Assembly: GCA_024224595.1 (NCBI GenBank)
Contig: JAAENI010000898.1
Location: forward strand, 1-47,614
Length of the DNA stretch: 47,614 nt
Direction of reading: 5' to 3'
Source: Hyphomicrobiales bacterium
GTDB taxonomy: Bacteria; Pseudomonadota; Alphaproteobacteria; Rhizobiales; Rhizobiaceae
The number at the start of each line of letters is the position of its first letter. The first letter of the stretch is position 1. The notes under the pieces are model-generated. The model saw only the letters and a program-made list of their open reading frames with translations. It was not told the DNA's origin and ran no database searches. Of this stretch, positions 16,672 to 26,774 are shown piece after piece. The position numbers were made by a program, and so were the translations under genes.

Positions 16672-19470
16672 TTGAAGCATCAATTGATTCAGCATAAACC
16701 GGAATTGCCTCAAGTGGATAAATTGGATCACCGAAGCGCCAAATCTAACCGTTTGAACTCGGTGGGTAATCAACTCGCAGAACTGGCTATGGAGTGTGGT
16801 GGTGATGGTTCATCGTGGCCAGTGCGTGCGAAAGTTCTGGAGATTTTGAAGTTAGCCAATAGCGAGGGCAGACAAAGGGCTGAAGTTCAACTTTGTTCTG
16901 ATGGTGATGGTAAAAAATGTGCCCGACAGATTTCGCAATTGCAGGATGACCTCATAAAACTGATTTATGATTTTGCCATTACCCATGTTTACCGGGCGAC
17001 CAATCATACTGCCGCGGAATCTATCGCCATTGTTGCTGTCGGGGGATATGGCAGGGGAACTCTGGCACCGGGTTCAGACATCGATTTATTATTTCTGATT
17101 CCCTATAAGTTGACGGCCTGGGGCGAGCAGGTGATTGAATATGTGCTTTATATGCTTTGGGACATGAGCTTTAAAGTTGGCCATGCGACTCGTGATATTG
17201 ATGAATCCATGCGTCAGGCCAGTGATGATATGACGATCCGAACCTCGGTCCTTGAAGCGCGTTATTTATTAGGAGAAAAAAGCCTTTTTGATGAATTCAT
17301 GCGCCGTTTCAATCGGGAAATTGTTAAAGGAAGCGCCGCCGAATTTATTGAGGCCAAATTGGCAGAACGTGATATTCGCCATGAGAAATCCGGTCAGTCT
17401 CGCTATCGGGTTGAACCGAATGTAAAAGATGGTAAAGGCGGGTTTCGTGATCTGCATACATTGTTCTGGATTGGCAAATACTATTATCGGGTTACAAAAC
17501 CGTCGCAGTTGGTCAAAGCCGGACTGTTTACCAAGAGTGAATATAGCAGGTTTAAAAAAGCTGAGGCGTTTTTGTGGACAGTACGCTGCCATCTACATTT
17601 TTTGACAAACCGAGCAGAAGAACGACTGACCTTTGATTTGCAAAGGGAGATGGCTGAGCGTTTGAATTATCTGACGCGTGGTGGCATGCTTGATGCAGAA
17701 CGGTTTATGAAACACTATTTTTTGGTTGCAAAACAGGTCGGCGATCTGACCCTGATTGTTTGCTCGCAGTTAGAAGAACAGCAGGCGAAATCGGTTAAGG
17801 GCATTAACGGGCTTATTCGTTCGTTCACGCGCAAGCGAATAAAGAAACTCAACGGTTCAGGGGATTTTGTCAATGATAACGGTCGTATCAATGTTGCCCA
17901 TGACAGTTGTTTCATTAACGATCCGGTGAACCTGATCCGGTTATTCAAGCTGGCCGATGATAACAATCTGGATTTCCATCCTGATGCAATTCAGCTGGCT
18001 GAGCGATCTCTTAAACTGATTTCCAGGGAAATCCGCCTAGACAAACAGGCAAACGCGCTTTTTCTGGAAATCCTGACCAGCCGTAACCGACCAGTGTTCT
18101 TGTTGAGAAAGATGAATGAATCAGGCGTGTTGGGTCGGTTCATTCCGGTATTTGGGCGTATTGTGGCGATGATGCAGTTTAATATGTATCACCATTTTAC
18201 GGTCGATGAGCACCTGCTTAGGACAGTTGGAGCGCTGGCAGAAATAGAGAATGGTTCTTTGGCAAAAGAACATCCCCAGTCTTTTAAGATTCTGCCGGAG
18301 TTACGAGATCGAATTCCCATCTATGTGGCTGCTTTTCTTCATGATATTGCAAAGGGAGGCAAAGAAGATCATTCAATCAAAGGGGCAAAGATTGCAAAAA
18401 AACTGTGCCCCAGGCTGGGTTTGTCGAAAGTTCAGACGGAGCTTGTGTCCTGGCTGATTTTGGAACACCTCGCTATGAGCAATACCGCTCAGTCTCGTGA
18501 TTTAGGAGACCGTAAAACAATTGAGAATTTCGCGAATGTTGTACAAACCATGGATAGGCTGCGCCATCTTCTGGTACTTACTGTATGTGATATTCGTGCG
18601 GTAGGACCCGGGGTGTGGAATGGCTGGAAAGGTCAATTACTTCGCACATTATATGAAGAAACAGAGCCTATTTTGACCGGTGGATTTTCTCGGCAAAACA
18701 GAAGTGGTCGTGTTGCCCAGGCCAAAGAAGTATTGGCAAACAGTCTGGTTGAGTGGAATCAGGATGAGATTATGCGTGTTGTAGCGTTGCCATATGATTC
18801 ATATTTTCTTTCCACTGACCCTGACACACAGCCACGTCAAATGAGCTTTATAAGCGAGAGTGATGCGGCAAAAAAGGCTTTTGCCTTCGATGTTTTTGTT
18901 CGGAATTTCGAGCAAATTACCGAAATTTACATATTGGCTCCTGACCACCCTCATCTGGTTTCGACCATTGCAGGCGTGTGCTCTTCTTCCAATGCCAATA
19001 TTGCAGGTGCCCAGATTCATACGCTCAGAGACGGTCGTGCGCTTGACACATTTTTGATTAGTCGAAAATTTGATAGTGATGATGACGAGTACCGCCGGGC
19101 GAATTCAATTGGGAAACTGATTGGTAATGCATTGGAGGGAACTGCGGGGCAGAGACAGCAAAATAGGACTTCAGGACTGCTGCGTTTGCGCAGGAAGGCT
19201 TTCAAAGTTGAATCCAAAGTATTGATTGATAACAATTTATCCAACAAATTTACTGTGATAGAAGTTGAGGTTTTAGATCGACAAGGTTTGCTTTCCGAAC
19301 TGGCAGATGAATTGTCGAATCTGAATCTGGATATTGGATCAGCTCAAATCGTCACTTTTGGGGAAAAGGCAGTCGACACATTTTATGTAACTGATCTGAC
19401 CGGGCTAAAGATTACTAACGATGCGCGAAAAAACAAAATCAGGGATGCCCTGATGAAGGTTATGGGATAG
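16672..19470 (+). CDS. glnD: bifunctional PII uridylyltransferase/uridylyl-removing enzyme
   Basis: The ORF is 932 aa. It has the nucleotidyltransferase motif GGYGRGTLAPGSDIDLLFL, an HD domain (..FLHDIAKG..) and two C-terminal ACT-like domains. The track start is TTG. GTG 16714 or ATG 16789 are alternatives, so the start is uncertain. Confidence 0.92.
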   Translation: MKHQLIQHKPELPQVDKLDHRSAKSNRLNSVGNQLAELAMECGGDGSSWPVRAKVLEILKLANSEGRQRAEVQLCSDGDGKKCARQISQLQDDLIKLIYDFAITHVYRATNHTAAESIAIVAVGGYGRGTLAPGSDIDLLFLIPYKLTAWGEQVIEYVLYMLWDMSFKVGHATRDIDESMRQASDDMTIRTSVLEARYLLGEKSLFDEFMRRFNREIVKGSAAEFIEAKLAERDIRHEKSGQSRYRVEPNVKDGKGGFRDLHTLFWIGKYYYRVTKPSQLVKAGLFTKSEYSRFKKAEAFLWTVRCHLHFLTNRAEERLTFDLQREMAERLNYLTRGGMLDAERFMKHYFLVAKQVGDLTLIVCSQLEEQQAKSVKGINGLIRSFTRKRIKKLNGSGDFVNDNGRINVAHDSCFINDPVNLIRLFKLADDNNLDFHPDAIQLAERSLKLISREIRLDKQANALFLEILTSRNRPVFLLRKMNESGVLGRFIPVFGRIVAMMQFNMYHHFTVDEHLLRTVGALAEIENGSLAKEHPQSFKILPELRDRIPIYVAAFLHDIAKGGKEDHSIKGAKIAKKLCPRLGLSKVQTELVSWLILEHLAMSNTAQSRDLGDRKTIENFANVVQTMDRLRHLLVLTVCDIRAVGPGVWNGWKGQLLRTLYEETEPILTGGFSRQNRSGRVAQAKEVLANSLVEWNQDEIMRVVALPYDSYFLSTDPDTQPRQMSFISESDAAKKAFAFDVFVRNFEQITEIYILAPDHPHLVSTIAGVCSSSNANIAGAQIHTLRDGRALDTFLISRKFDSDDDEYRRANSIGKLIGNALEGTAGQRQQNRTSGLLRLRRKAFKVESKVLIDNNLSNKFTVIEVEVLDRQGLLSELADELSNLNLDIGSAQIVTFGEKAVDTFYVTDLTGLKITNDARKNKIRDALMKVMG

Positions 19471-19558
19471 AATACACAAGATTTTGTTTGGTGTTTGTTA
19501 CGAAGCCACCGGTGGCATTTGGGTTGCACGCATTATTTTGACTAACAGAGAGAACCTG

Positions 19559-21118
19559 ATGGGCCTGTTTGGCAAGTTTTTTACAGTTGGTGGCGCTACT
19601 CTGGCGAGCCGGTTTCTGGGCTTTGCCAGAGAAATGTTAATTGCATCTATACTGGGAGCAGGTCCGGTAGCCGATGCGTTCTATGCAGCTTTCAGATTTC
19701 CAAATCTCTTTCGGCGATTGTTCGCCGAAGGCGCTTTCAATTCCGCCTTTGTGCCAATGTTTTCTAGCGAACTGGAATCAAATGATCGATATCAGGCAAA
19801 GCAATTTGCTGAAACTGTGTTGAGTTATCTGGTCGTTGTATTGATTGTTTTGACTGCAGTGGCGGAAATTGCCATGCCCTGGCTGGTTGGTACAATCATT
19901 GCGCCAAAGTTTATTGCAAATGCGGACAAGTTCGATCTGACTGTTGAATTGACCAGAATAATGTTTCCCTATTTATTCTGTATGTCGATTGTTGCGATGC
20001 TGTCGGGAATATTGAATTCTTTACGTCATTATTTTGTTGCGGCAATTGTTCCGGTCATTCTCAATATTATTCTGGTCGGCGTATTACTCGCTGCCCATTA
20101 TCTGAACCTGGAAACTTTTGCTGTGGGCCGGGTATTGGCATGGGGCGTGTTGACGGCAGGGTTCGTACAGATGGGATTGCTTTATTTTGCTGCAAGGCAA
20201 AGAGGATTTGCACTTAGTATGCGCCTGCCGCGGCCTTCTAAACGGGTGAAAAAACTTCTGGCATTGGCCCTCCCACTTGCACTGACAGGGGGCATTACTC
20301 AAATCAATCTTCTGGTTGGACAGATAATTGCTTCGGCCCAGGATGGTGCGATTGCGATGCTAAATTATGCAGACAGAATTTATCAGCTTCCGCTCGGCGT
20401 AGTGGGTATTGCAATTGGTGTAGTGCTATTGCCCGAACTAACCAGGGCATTGGCATCTTCGAATGAGAGTGAAGTGCAGAAGTTACAAAGCAAATCACTG
20501 GAGTTTGCCTTAATGTTGACCCTTCCTGCTGCGGTGGGATTGTATTTTCTGCCCGTACCAATTGTCGCGATATTATATGAACGTGGAGCATTTGACGCTG
20601 AGACGACTTTACTCACCGCTTCGGCACTCGCGGCTTTCGCGGTTGGGCTGCCTTCGTTTGTTTTACAAAAAGTGTTTCAACCAACTTATTTCGCCCGTTT
20701 CAATATGAGAGCGCCAATGTGGTTTGCGGCGGGTTCTGCGATAACAAACATTGTTGGCAGCCTGTTGTTGTTCCCGCAATACGGTCATGTTGGCATTGCC
20801 ATTTCTACCAGCATTGCAGGATGGGTGAATGCGATATTGCTAATATCTGGATTGCTGCTTGGGACAGATTATAGATTAAGGAGAGGCACTATAGCGATTG
20901 TAATCAAGATTATACTGGCATCGGTGTTTATGGGATTAGCCCTATATTTTTCAACGAATTTTACCGCTGGCCTAATGGACAATAATGGGCCTTTCGTTGG
21001 ACTTCTTATTCTGTTGGCCGTCATTGCTGGTAGCGCGGCGTTTTATTTTGGGTTGCTGATAGGTAGTGGCGCATTGAATACCAGTGAGCTTAGATCGATA
21101 CTTTCCCGCTGGCGATAA
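19559..21118 (+). CDS. murJ: lipid II flippase MurJ
   Basis: Track ORF starts at 19484. ATG 19559 gives MGLFGKFFTVGGATLASRFLGFAREMLIASILGAGPVADAFYAAFRFPNLFRRLFAEGAFNSAFVP, a MurJ/MviN N-terminus. The protein is multi-TM. Confidence 0.9.
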   Translation: MGLFGKFFTVGGATLASRFLGFAREMLIASILGAGPVADAFYAAFRFPNLFRRLFAEGAFNSAFVPMFSSELESNDRYQAKQFAETVLSYLVVVLIVLTAVAEIAMPWLVGTIIAPKFIANADKFDLTVELTRIMFPYLFCMSIVAMLSGILNSLRHYFVAAIVPVILNIILVGVLLAAHYLNLETFAVGRVLAWGVLTAGFVQMGLLYFAARQRGFALSMRLPRPSKRVKKLLALALPLALTGGITQINLLVGQIIASAQDGAIAMLNYADRIYQLPLGVVGIAIGVVLLPELTRALASSNESEVQKLQSKSLEFALMLTLPAAVGLYFLPVPIVAILYERGAFDAETTLLTASALAAFAVGLPSFVLQKVFQPTYFARFNMRAPMWFAAGSAITNIVGSLLLFPQYGHVGIAISTSIAGWVNAILLISGLLLGTDYRLRRGTIAIVIKIILASVFMGLALYFSTNFTAGLMDNNGPFVGLLILLAVIAGSAAFYFGLLIGSGALNTSELRSILSRWR

Positions 21119-21196
21119 GTTCTCGTTACACAATCTCGCTTGCATCAGTAGCGCTACTCAGCCATAACCCGAAAAATAATTCTTCGCGGACTCATT

Positions 21197-22237
21197 ATGT
21201 CAAAATCAAAAAACAGAGTATTTTCCGGTGTTCAACCAACCGGCAATCTTCACCTCGGTAATTATCTTGGTGCGATCAAACGTTTCGTTGCACTGCAGGA
21301 TGGTCATGAATGTGTCTATTGTGTAGTTGATTTGCATGCAGTGACCATGCGTCAGGACCCGGAGGAATTGAGCGATAATATCAGAAATGTAACTGCTGCA
21401 TTTCTGGCATCTGGAATTGACCCGCAAAAACATATTGTCTTCAATCAATCACAGGTATCCCAGCATGCTGAATTGGCATGGATGTTCAATTGTGTAGCGC
21501 GAATGGGTTGGCTTAACCGGATGACACAGTTCAAGGAAAAAGCTGGTAAGAATCGCGAGAATGCTTCCGTGGGACTGTTTTCTTACCCCAGCCTTATGGC
21601 TGCGGATATTCTGCTCTACAAAGCTGATTTTGTTCCTGTTGGCGAAGATCAAAAACAACATCTTGAATTAACCAGAGACATCGCTGCCAAATTCAATAAT
21701 GATTTTTGTGAACGCATTGCCAAGCTGGGATTTGGTGATAGCTATTTTCCAATGACTGAACCCTTGATTGGGGGACCGGCAGCCAGAGTGATGAGTTTGC
21801 GCGATGGGGCAAAAAAAATGTCGAAATCTGAAGCTTCCGACATGTCTCGCATTAATCTTATTGATGATCCCGATACGATTGCAAAGAAAATCCGCAAAGC
21901 AAAAACCGATGCGGAACCTTTGCCTGAAGAGGTCGAAGGTTTGGCAGGCAGAGCTGAGGCAGATAATCTCGTTGGAATTTTTGCTGCGATAAATGATGTG
22001 GATAAAGCTGCGGTGATTTCAGAATATGGTGGCAAACCTTTTTCTGAATTCAAACCTGCATTGGCAGATCTGGCAGTCGAAAAACTGGCACCGATCAGTG
22101 CGAAAATGCGTCATTTGTTGGCTGAACCTGATGAAATAGACACAATTTTGAATGAGGGTGCGGATAAGGCGCGTGAAATTGCTGTTGTGACAATGCGTGA
22201 GGTACGGGAAATCTTCGGATTTGTTGGTGCCAAATAA
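21197..22237 (+). CDS. trpS: tryptophan--tRNA ligase
   Basis: The ORF is 346 aa. It has a HIGH-region equivalent ([13 protein letters not shown]) and a KMSKS motif. Confidence 0.96.
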   Translation: MSKSKNRVFSGVQPTGNLHLGNYLGAIKRFVALQDGHECVYCVVDLHAVTMRQDPEELSDNIRNVTAAFLASGIDPQKHIVFNQSQVSQHAELAWMFNCVARMGWLNRMTQFKEKAGKNRENASVGLFSYPSLMAADILLYKADFVPVGEDQKQHLELTRDIAAKFNNDFCERIAKLGFGDSYFPMTEPLIGGPAARVMSLRDGAKKMSKSEASDMSRINLIDDPDTIAKKIRKAKTDAEPLPEEVEGLAGRAEADNLVGIFAAINDVDKAAVISEYGGKPFSEFKPALADLAVEKLAPISAKMRHLLAEPDEIDTILNEGADKAREIAVVTMREVREIFGFVGAK

Positions 22238-22380
22238 ATAAGCATGCATTCGATTTTGTAATTGAACTGGGTATATTGAACCAAATTATTGTTGATCAGA
22301 ACCTGGTAGGGACAGGGATTGACATATCGTGCGAAACCTCATCAAAAACTTGACTGTAATGATCAACATTAATATATTAG

Positions 22381-22397
22381 TTTGGAATACTTCTAAA
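22381..22397. promoter_or_regulatory. ICE-like Irr box overlapping the nfu promoter/TSS
   Basis: TTTGGAA-TAC-TTCTAAA matches the ICE consensus at 13/14 specified positions. It lies immediately downstream of TTGACT (22350-22355) -N17- TATATT (22373-22378) and 39 nt upstream of the nfu ATG. Confidence 0.5.
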
Positions 22398-22435
22398 CTA
22401 CAGCTAGACGCTAACAAATTCAAAGGAACACACTG

Positions 22436-23008
22436 ATGTTCATTCAGACCGAAGCCACCCCAAATCCAACAACATTGAAATTTCTACCCGGTCAAACTGT
22501 AGTTGAAGAAGGCTCCTATGATTTTCGCTCCCCTCAGGATGCAGCAGATTCTCCTTTGGCATTACGTTTATTTGATCTAAAAGATGTAATTGGGGTTTTT
22601 CTTGGTTATGATTTTGTGACCATTACAAAAAATGATGCGGATGACGGGTTGGACTGGCAGCATCTGAAGCCGGCAATTCTGGGTGCGATCATGGAACATT
22701 TTATGTCTGGAGACCCGGTATTGGTTGGCCAGCAAAAAGTGAACGGTGATTTGGGTGAGGAATTTTTTGAACCTGAAGACACCAAAACTGTTGAATTGAT
22801 CAAAGAACTTTTGGAAACCCGTGTACGCCCGGCTGTTGCACAGGATGGTGGCGATATTGCTTTTCGTGGATTCAAGGAAGGTATCGTTTATCTTCATATG
22901 CGTGGTGCGTGCGCCGGATGTCCATCATCGACAGCCACATTGAAATATGGAATTCAAAATCTACTTCGCCATTTCATTCCCGATGTTGAAGAAGTTGAGG
23001 CTATCTGA
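22436..23008 (+). CDS. NifU-family Fe-S cluster scaffold/carrier (Nfu_N + NifU C-terminal domain)
   Basis: The ORF is 190 aa. It starts MFIQTEATPNPTTLKFLPG... and carries the CxxC motif ...HMRGACAGCPSS... Confidence 0.9.
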   Translation: MFIQTEATPNPTTLKFLPGQTVVEEGSYDFRSPQDAADSPLALRLFDLKDVIGVFLGYDFVTITKNDADDGLDWQHLKPAILGAIMEHFMSGDPVLVGQQKVNGDLGEEFFEPEDTKTVELIKELLETRVRPAVAQDGGDIAFRGFKEGIVYLHMRGACAGCPSSTATLKYGIQNLLRHFIPDVEEVEAI

Positions 23009-23034
23009 TTTACCCGAACAATATTTTTTGACTA

Positions 23035-23769
23035 ATGGTGACTCTGTCTATCGATACTGCCGGAAATTTTTGTGCTGCTGCTCTGAATGACGCAGCTACC
23101 GGTAAATTATTGTCGGCGGTCAGTTATGATATTGGACGTGGTCATGCGGAAATATTGATGAGGGTTATCGACGAAGCCTTGATTCAGGCAGATTTGGAAT
23201 ACCAGAATGTTGACAAAGTCGTCACGACGCTTGGTCCCGGAAGTTTTACCGGTGTTCGTGTTGGAATTTCGACTGCGCGCGCCATCGGATTGGGCTTGTC
23301 GAAACCTGTCGTGGGCGTATCTGTTCTGCGGGCCTGTGCTCAACATGCGACTCAACTTGATAACGCACGGTTTGCAAAACGAATTGTTTCAGTGATTTTG
23401 GACGCAAGAAGAGAGGAATATTATTTTCAACCTTTGCGTGAAGGCAAACCAATAAAAGAGGCCACGGTCTGCAACATTGAAGAACTGGTGAATTTTCATG
23501 AAGATTTCAGGAAGCAGGATGTGGTACTTTGTGGTTCCGGCGCGGTTAAATTTCTTCAACATTGGATGGATTTCAGACCAACGGTTGATTTTCCGATTGC
23601 CCATCATCTAGCCGCCGCGCCAATTGAGAACATTGCGGAACTTGGTAGAAATACCCCTGTCGGCAAAACCCGTCCCGAACCACTTTATTTGCGTGGTGTT
23701 GATGCAAAACAACAACGGGGTTTTGCGATATTGCGGGCGGAGTCTCAGGACGCAACTGCGGTTTCATGA
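23035..23769 (+). CDS. tsaB: tRNA t6A biosynthesis protein TsaB
   Basis: The ORF is 244 aa. It contains ..LSIDTAGNFCAAAL..GRGHAEILM..VVTTLGPGSFTGVRVGISTARAIGL.. It overlaps rimI by 4 nt. Confidence 0.85.
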   Translation: MVTLSIDTAGNFCAAALNDAATGKLLSAVSYDIGRGHAEILMRVIDEALIQADLEYQNVDKVVTTLGPGSFTGVRVGISTARAIGLGLSKPVVGVSVLRACAQHATQLDNARFAKRIVSVILDARREEYYFQPLREGKPIKEATVCNIEELVNFHEDFRKQDVVLCGSGAVKFLQHWMDFRPTVDFPIAHHLAAAPIENIAELGRNTPVGKTRPEPLYLRGVDAKQQRGFAILRAESQDATAVS

Positions 23770-24266
23770 AACTTTTTAAAAAATACGAGTTTCATGTTCT
23801 GGAGGCGCAAATTGAAGACTATTCAATGCTGGAAGCCATTCATGCCCAGAGTTTTGATCGCTCATGGAGTATTGATGAGTTGGTATCAACCTTAGCTGTC
23901 AAGGGTACTCAGTGTTTTGTTGCCAATATCAGGGGTAAAGGTTCAAAAGGCCCGAAAGGTTTTATAATTTTGCGGACACTAGCGGGTCAATCGGAAATTT
24001 TAACGATTGCAACCGATCGTGTTTACCGAAAATGTGGAATTGCAAGATTGTTGCTGGAGTTTGTTATAAGAAAACTTCAGGTGGAGCGGGTGGAGCAATT
24101 GTACCTGGAGGTTGGTGAGGACAATGGTGCTGCGCTGGGATTGTATAAATCACTGAAATTCAAACAAATAGCCACTCGCAAGGCCTATTATAGAGTTCGT
24201 GGAAGACTTGAAAATGAAGCCGCTCAAGAAGTAAATGCGCTTGTCATGCAACTAGAACTTCGATAG
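23766..24266 (+). CDS. rimI: GNAT acetyltransferase, ribosomal-protein-alanine N-acetyltransferase RimI-like
   Basis: The ORF is 166 aa with a GNAT core (..ILTIATDRVYRKCGIARLLL..LEVGEDNGAALGLYKSLKF..). It shows the conserved tsaB-rimI coupling. Confidence 0.8.
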   Translation: MKLFKKYEFHVLEAQIEDYSMLEAIHAQSFDRSWSIDELVSTLAVKGTQCFVANIRGKGSKGPKGFIILRTLAGQSEILTIATDRVYRKCGIARLLLEFVIRKLQVERVEQLYLEVGEDNGAALGLYKSLKFKQIATRKAYYRVRGRLENEAAQEVNALVMQLELR

Positions 24267-24335
24267 GTCTATGACCATGAAAGGGTCTAAACTTTCTACT
24301 CAAAACAGGTTCGAGAAAATCGATAGGTCGGACTT

Positions 24336-24773
24336 ATGAATAACTTTAATATTGAAGACCTCTGCATGCAGAAAGGTGTGCGAATGACCGGTCAACGCCG
24401 GGTCATTGCGCAGGTTCTTGATCGCGCATTTGATCACCCTGATGTGGAGGAATTGTATCGGCGATCTGTCACAATAGATGAAAATATTTCGATAGCTACG
24501 GTTTACCGGACAGTAAAATTGCTGGAAGAATTCAATATTATTGAACGCCATGACTTTCGAGACGGACGTTCACGTTATGAACCGGCACCAGAGGATCATC
24601 ATGATCATCTGATTGATTTGAAGTCAGGCAATGTTATTGAATTTACCAGCGTTGAAATAGAGAAATTACAAGTCGAGATTGCCCGTTCACTCGGATTTAA
24701 ACTGGTCGATCATCGCCTGGAATTATATGGAGTTCCAATTTCATCTGAAAATGATGGTAAGGAACCCGAATGA
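24336..24773 (+). CDS. fur: Fur-family metalloregulator (alphaproteobacterial Fur/Mur type)
   Basis: The ORF is 145 aa. It contains GVRMTGQRRVIAQVL..HPDVEELYRRS..ISIATVYRTVKLLEE..HDFRDGRSRYE..EDHHDHLIDL..DHRLELYG. It has no CxxC pairs, as in the rhizobial Fur/Mur that I recall. Confidence 0.9.
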   Translation: MNNFNIEDLCMQKGVRMTGQRRVIAQVLDRAFDHPDVEELYRRSVTIDENISIATVYRTVKLLEEFNIIERHDFRDGRSRYEPAPEDHHDHLIDLKSGNVIEFTSVEIEKLQVEIARSLGFKLVDHRLELYGVPISSENDGKEPE

Positions 24774-25561
24774 TCGCTATGTTGCGGTTAATTATCGTTA
24801 TTCCAATATTATTGATGCTAACCGTTGCTCTTGCGCCGGTGCAGTTAATATCCAGAGCATTAAACATCCGTCTGGCAAAGAAAATCCCTTATTGGTTTCA
24901 TCGCATCCTGCTTTGTCTGATTGGTGTGCGAGTGATCGTTCATGGCAGTTTTTCCAGTGCTCATCCGCTATTGTTGATATGCAATCACATATCCTGGCTG
25001 GATATACCGGTGATGGGGAGTATCGATGAATTGAGTTTTATTGCCAAAACTGAAGTTGGCAATTGGCCGGTTATTTCGCAACTGGCAAAAATGCAGGGAA
25101 CGGTATTTGTAAATCGACAACGGGGCATCGATACCGCAAACCAGGCAGATTCTATTGCTTCGCGTTTATTGGCGGGAGATGTGATGGTGCTGTTTGCAGA
25201 AGGAACAACCGGAGACGGCAACAGGATTCTACCTTTTAAGAGCTCACTGCTGGGTGCCGCTCAATATGCAATTCGCCAATCCCATATTGATAAAGTAGCG
25301 GTTCAACCGGTGGCGATATCATACAGTCGGCTTCATGGTCTGCCTCTGGGCAGGCGTTATCAGAGTGAAACTTCCTGGCCTGGCGATGTTCCACTGGCAA
25401 AACATGCCTTTAATATCCTTATAAAATCTGCTTTTGATGTCGATGTTGTATTGGGGGACCCGATGGATTTTACCGCTTCATCCAACCGGAAATTGGTTAG
25501 CAGGAATGCCAGCGATCAGGTGGCGACAATGTATTCAAACGCCATGAGAAGCAATTTGTAA
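24770..25561 (+). CDS. lysophospholipid (1-acyl-sn-glycerol-3-phosphate-type) acyltransferase family protein
   Basis: The ORF is 263 aa with an N-terminal TM segment. It carries the acyltransferase motifs CNHISWLD (HX4D) and FAEGTT. It overlaps the fur stop by 4 nt. Confidence 0.85.
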   Translation: MIAMLRLIIVIPILLMLTVALAPVQLISRALNIRLAKKIPYWFHRILLCLIGVRVIVHGSFSSAHPLLLICNHISWLDIPVMGSIDELSFIAKTEVGNWPVISQLAKMQGTVFVNRQRGIDTANQADSIASRLLAGDVMVLFAEGTTGDGNRILPFKSSLLGAAQYAIRQSHIDKVAVQPVAISYSRLHGLPLGRRYQSETSWPGDVPLAKHAFNILIKSAFDVDVVLGDPMDFTASSNRKLVSRNASDQVATMYSNAMRSNL

Positions 25562-25799
25562 TTGCGCAATTACCCTCAGAGTCTGAATCAATATTATTTG
25601 CCTGAATTTTCAATACTTTCGCGACATGACTTGTCTGTATTTCATTTTTTCAGCATTCTTTATTCGCTCCGATTGACTATTTCATGGTCGTATTTCCAGG
25701 CGGCGGAACCCTGCTTCCATCGATCCTGGTTGTGCTTAAGATTGATTGAGTGTCTGTGTGTGTGTAGACATTTCCAGTTTTTCCGTATGATCAAAAGGA

Positions 25800-26774
25800 T
25801 CATGCGAGTGCTTGTCGGACGTTCTCCAACATGGCAGCGCGTTCCTGACGTGCAGACAAAGCAGTGTGCATGTTAACTTTGACAAATTTGATTTCGACGT
25901 TTGGCTGAAGTTGGCCAATGAGATCCATGTCAGCGGAAATGACGGTCCCGAGCATGAAATAACCACCGCCAGACACAGCGTCACGATGAAGGATGATTGG
26001 CTCTGTTCCACCAGGCACTTGAATGGAGCCGTAAGGGTAGCAAGCATCCGTGATATTTGAGGGGTCAGAACCCGCACCAAATGGCGGCTCTCTGTCAACA
26101 AACTCCAGTGGAGATCCGCCTTGGAAACGATATCCCATACGGTCTGCTTCCGATGCTACCTTCCAGGTTTCATCAAAAAATTTCTGTCCAGCCGCTTTGG
26201 TTACACGGTGCCAATATAGACCCGGCATAACACGCAACTCAGCGGGTGCCCCTGGTTCACGGCGCAGGTTTGAGGGGATGCTTTGGTCGGCCTTAACAGT
26301 CCCCTTGTCGCTACCAATTGGCAGAACATCACCTGCTTGAACGGCTCGACCGTCGACACCGCCCAATGCGCCAATTGGATAGGTCGAGCGGCTTCCCAAA
26401 GCAGGCGGCGTATCAATGCCGCCTGAGATTGCTATGTAGCCGCGTGCTCCCGAACGTAAATAGTCAAAGGAAAGTGTCTGACCGGCCTTAACTTTGATTG
26501 CCGTCCAAGATTCGAGAACTTCGCCATCAATCTTTGGCGGCAAGTCTGCGCCTGTGACCGCAACAATTACATCCTCGGTAATTTCAAGCTCAGGGCCCAT
26601 GAAGACGCATTCCAGTCCCGCAGCTCCTTCATCGTTTCCGACAAGTAGGTTTGCGCAACGCATTGCAAAGCGATCCATGGCTCCGCCCATGGGAATACCA
26701 AGATGGTAATAACCGGGACGACCCAAATCCTGAATTGTGGTGGCAAATCCAGCTGTTTTTACATTAATCGGCAT
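25800..26774 (-). CDS. PxpC/KipA-like protein (biotin-dependent carboxyltransferase family, 'allophanate hydrolase subunit 2')
   Basis: The ORF is 324 aa. It contains ..TIQDLGRPGYYHLGIPMGGAMD.., ..RMGYRFQG.., ..PYGSIQVPGGTEPIILHRDAVSGGGY.. It overlaps the upstream gene by 11 nt. Confidence 0.87.
   Translation of the reverse strand: MPINVKTAGFATTIQDLGRPGYYHLGIPMGGAMDRFAMRCANLLVGNDEGAAGLECVFMGPELEITEDVIVAVTGADLPPKIDGEVLESWTAIKVKAGQTLSFDYLRSGARGYIAISGGIDTPPALGSRSTYPIGALGGVDGRAVQAGDVLPIGSDKGTVKADQSIPSNLRREPGAPAELRVMPGLYWHRVTKAAGQKFFDETWKVASEADRMGYRFQGGSPLEFVDREPPFGAGSDPSNITDACYPYGSIQVPGGTEPIILHRDAVSGGGYFMLGTVISADMDLIGQLQPNVEIKFVKVNMHTALSARQERAAMLENVRQALA

Noticed and set aside
24260-24329. A 10-bp direct repeat TCGATAGGTC occurring twice exactly 60 bp apart upstream of fur.
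   Set aside because: By rough estimate (N x 100 / 4^10, about 4-5), several 10-mer repeats within 100 bp are expected by chance in this window. The first copy is inside the rimI coding end. I know of no matching regulator motif.
25755-25765. A (TG)5 microsatellite in the plsC/pxpC convergent spacer, and a second (GT)5 at 39661-39670.
   Set aside because: Both are too short for slipped-strand phase variation. Neither lies in a coding region or between promoter elements.
25562-26101. ORFs 25562..25876 (+) and 25736..26101 (-) around the plsC/pxpC junction.
   Set aside because: They overlap the 3' end of the PxpC-like gene or lie in the spacer. Composition is Cys/Leu/Ser-rich, with no RBS and no family features.
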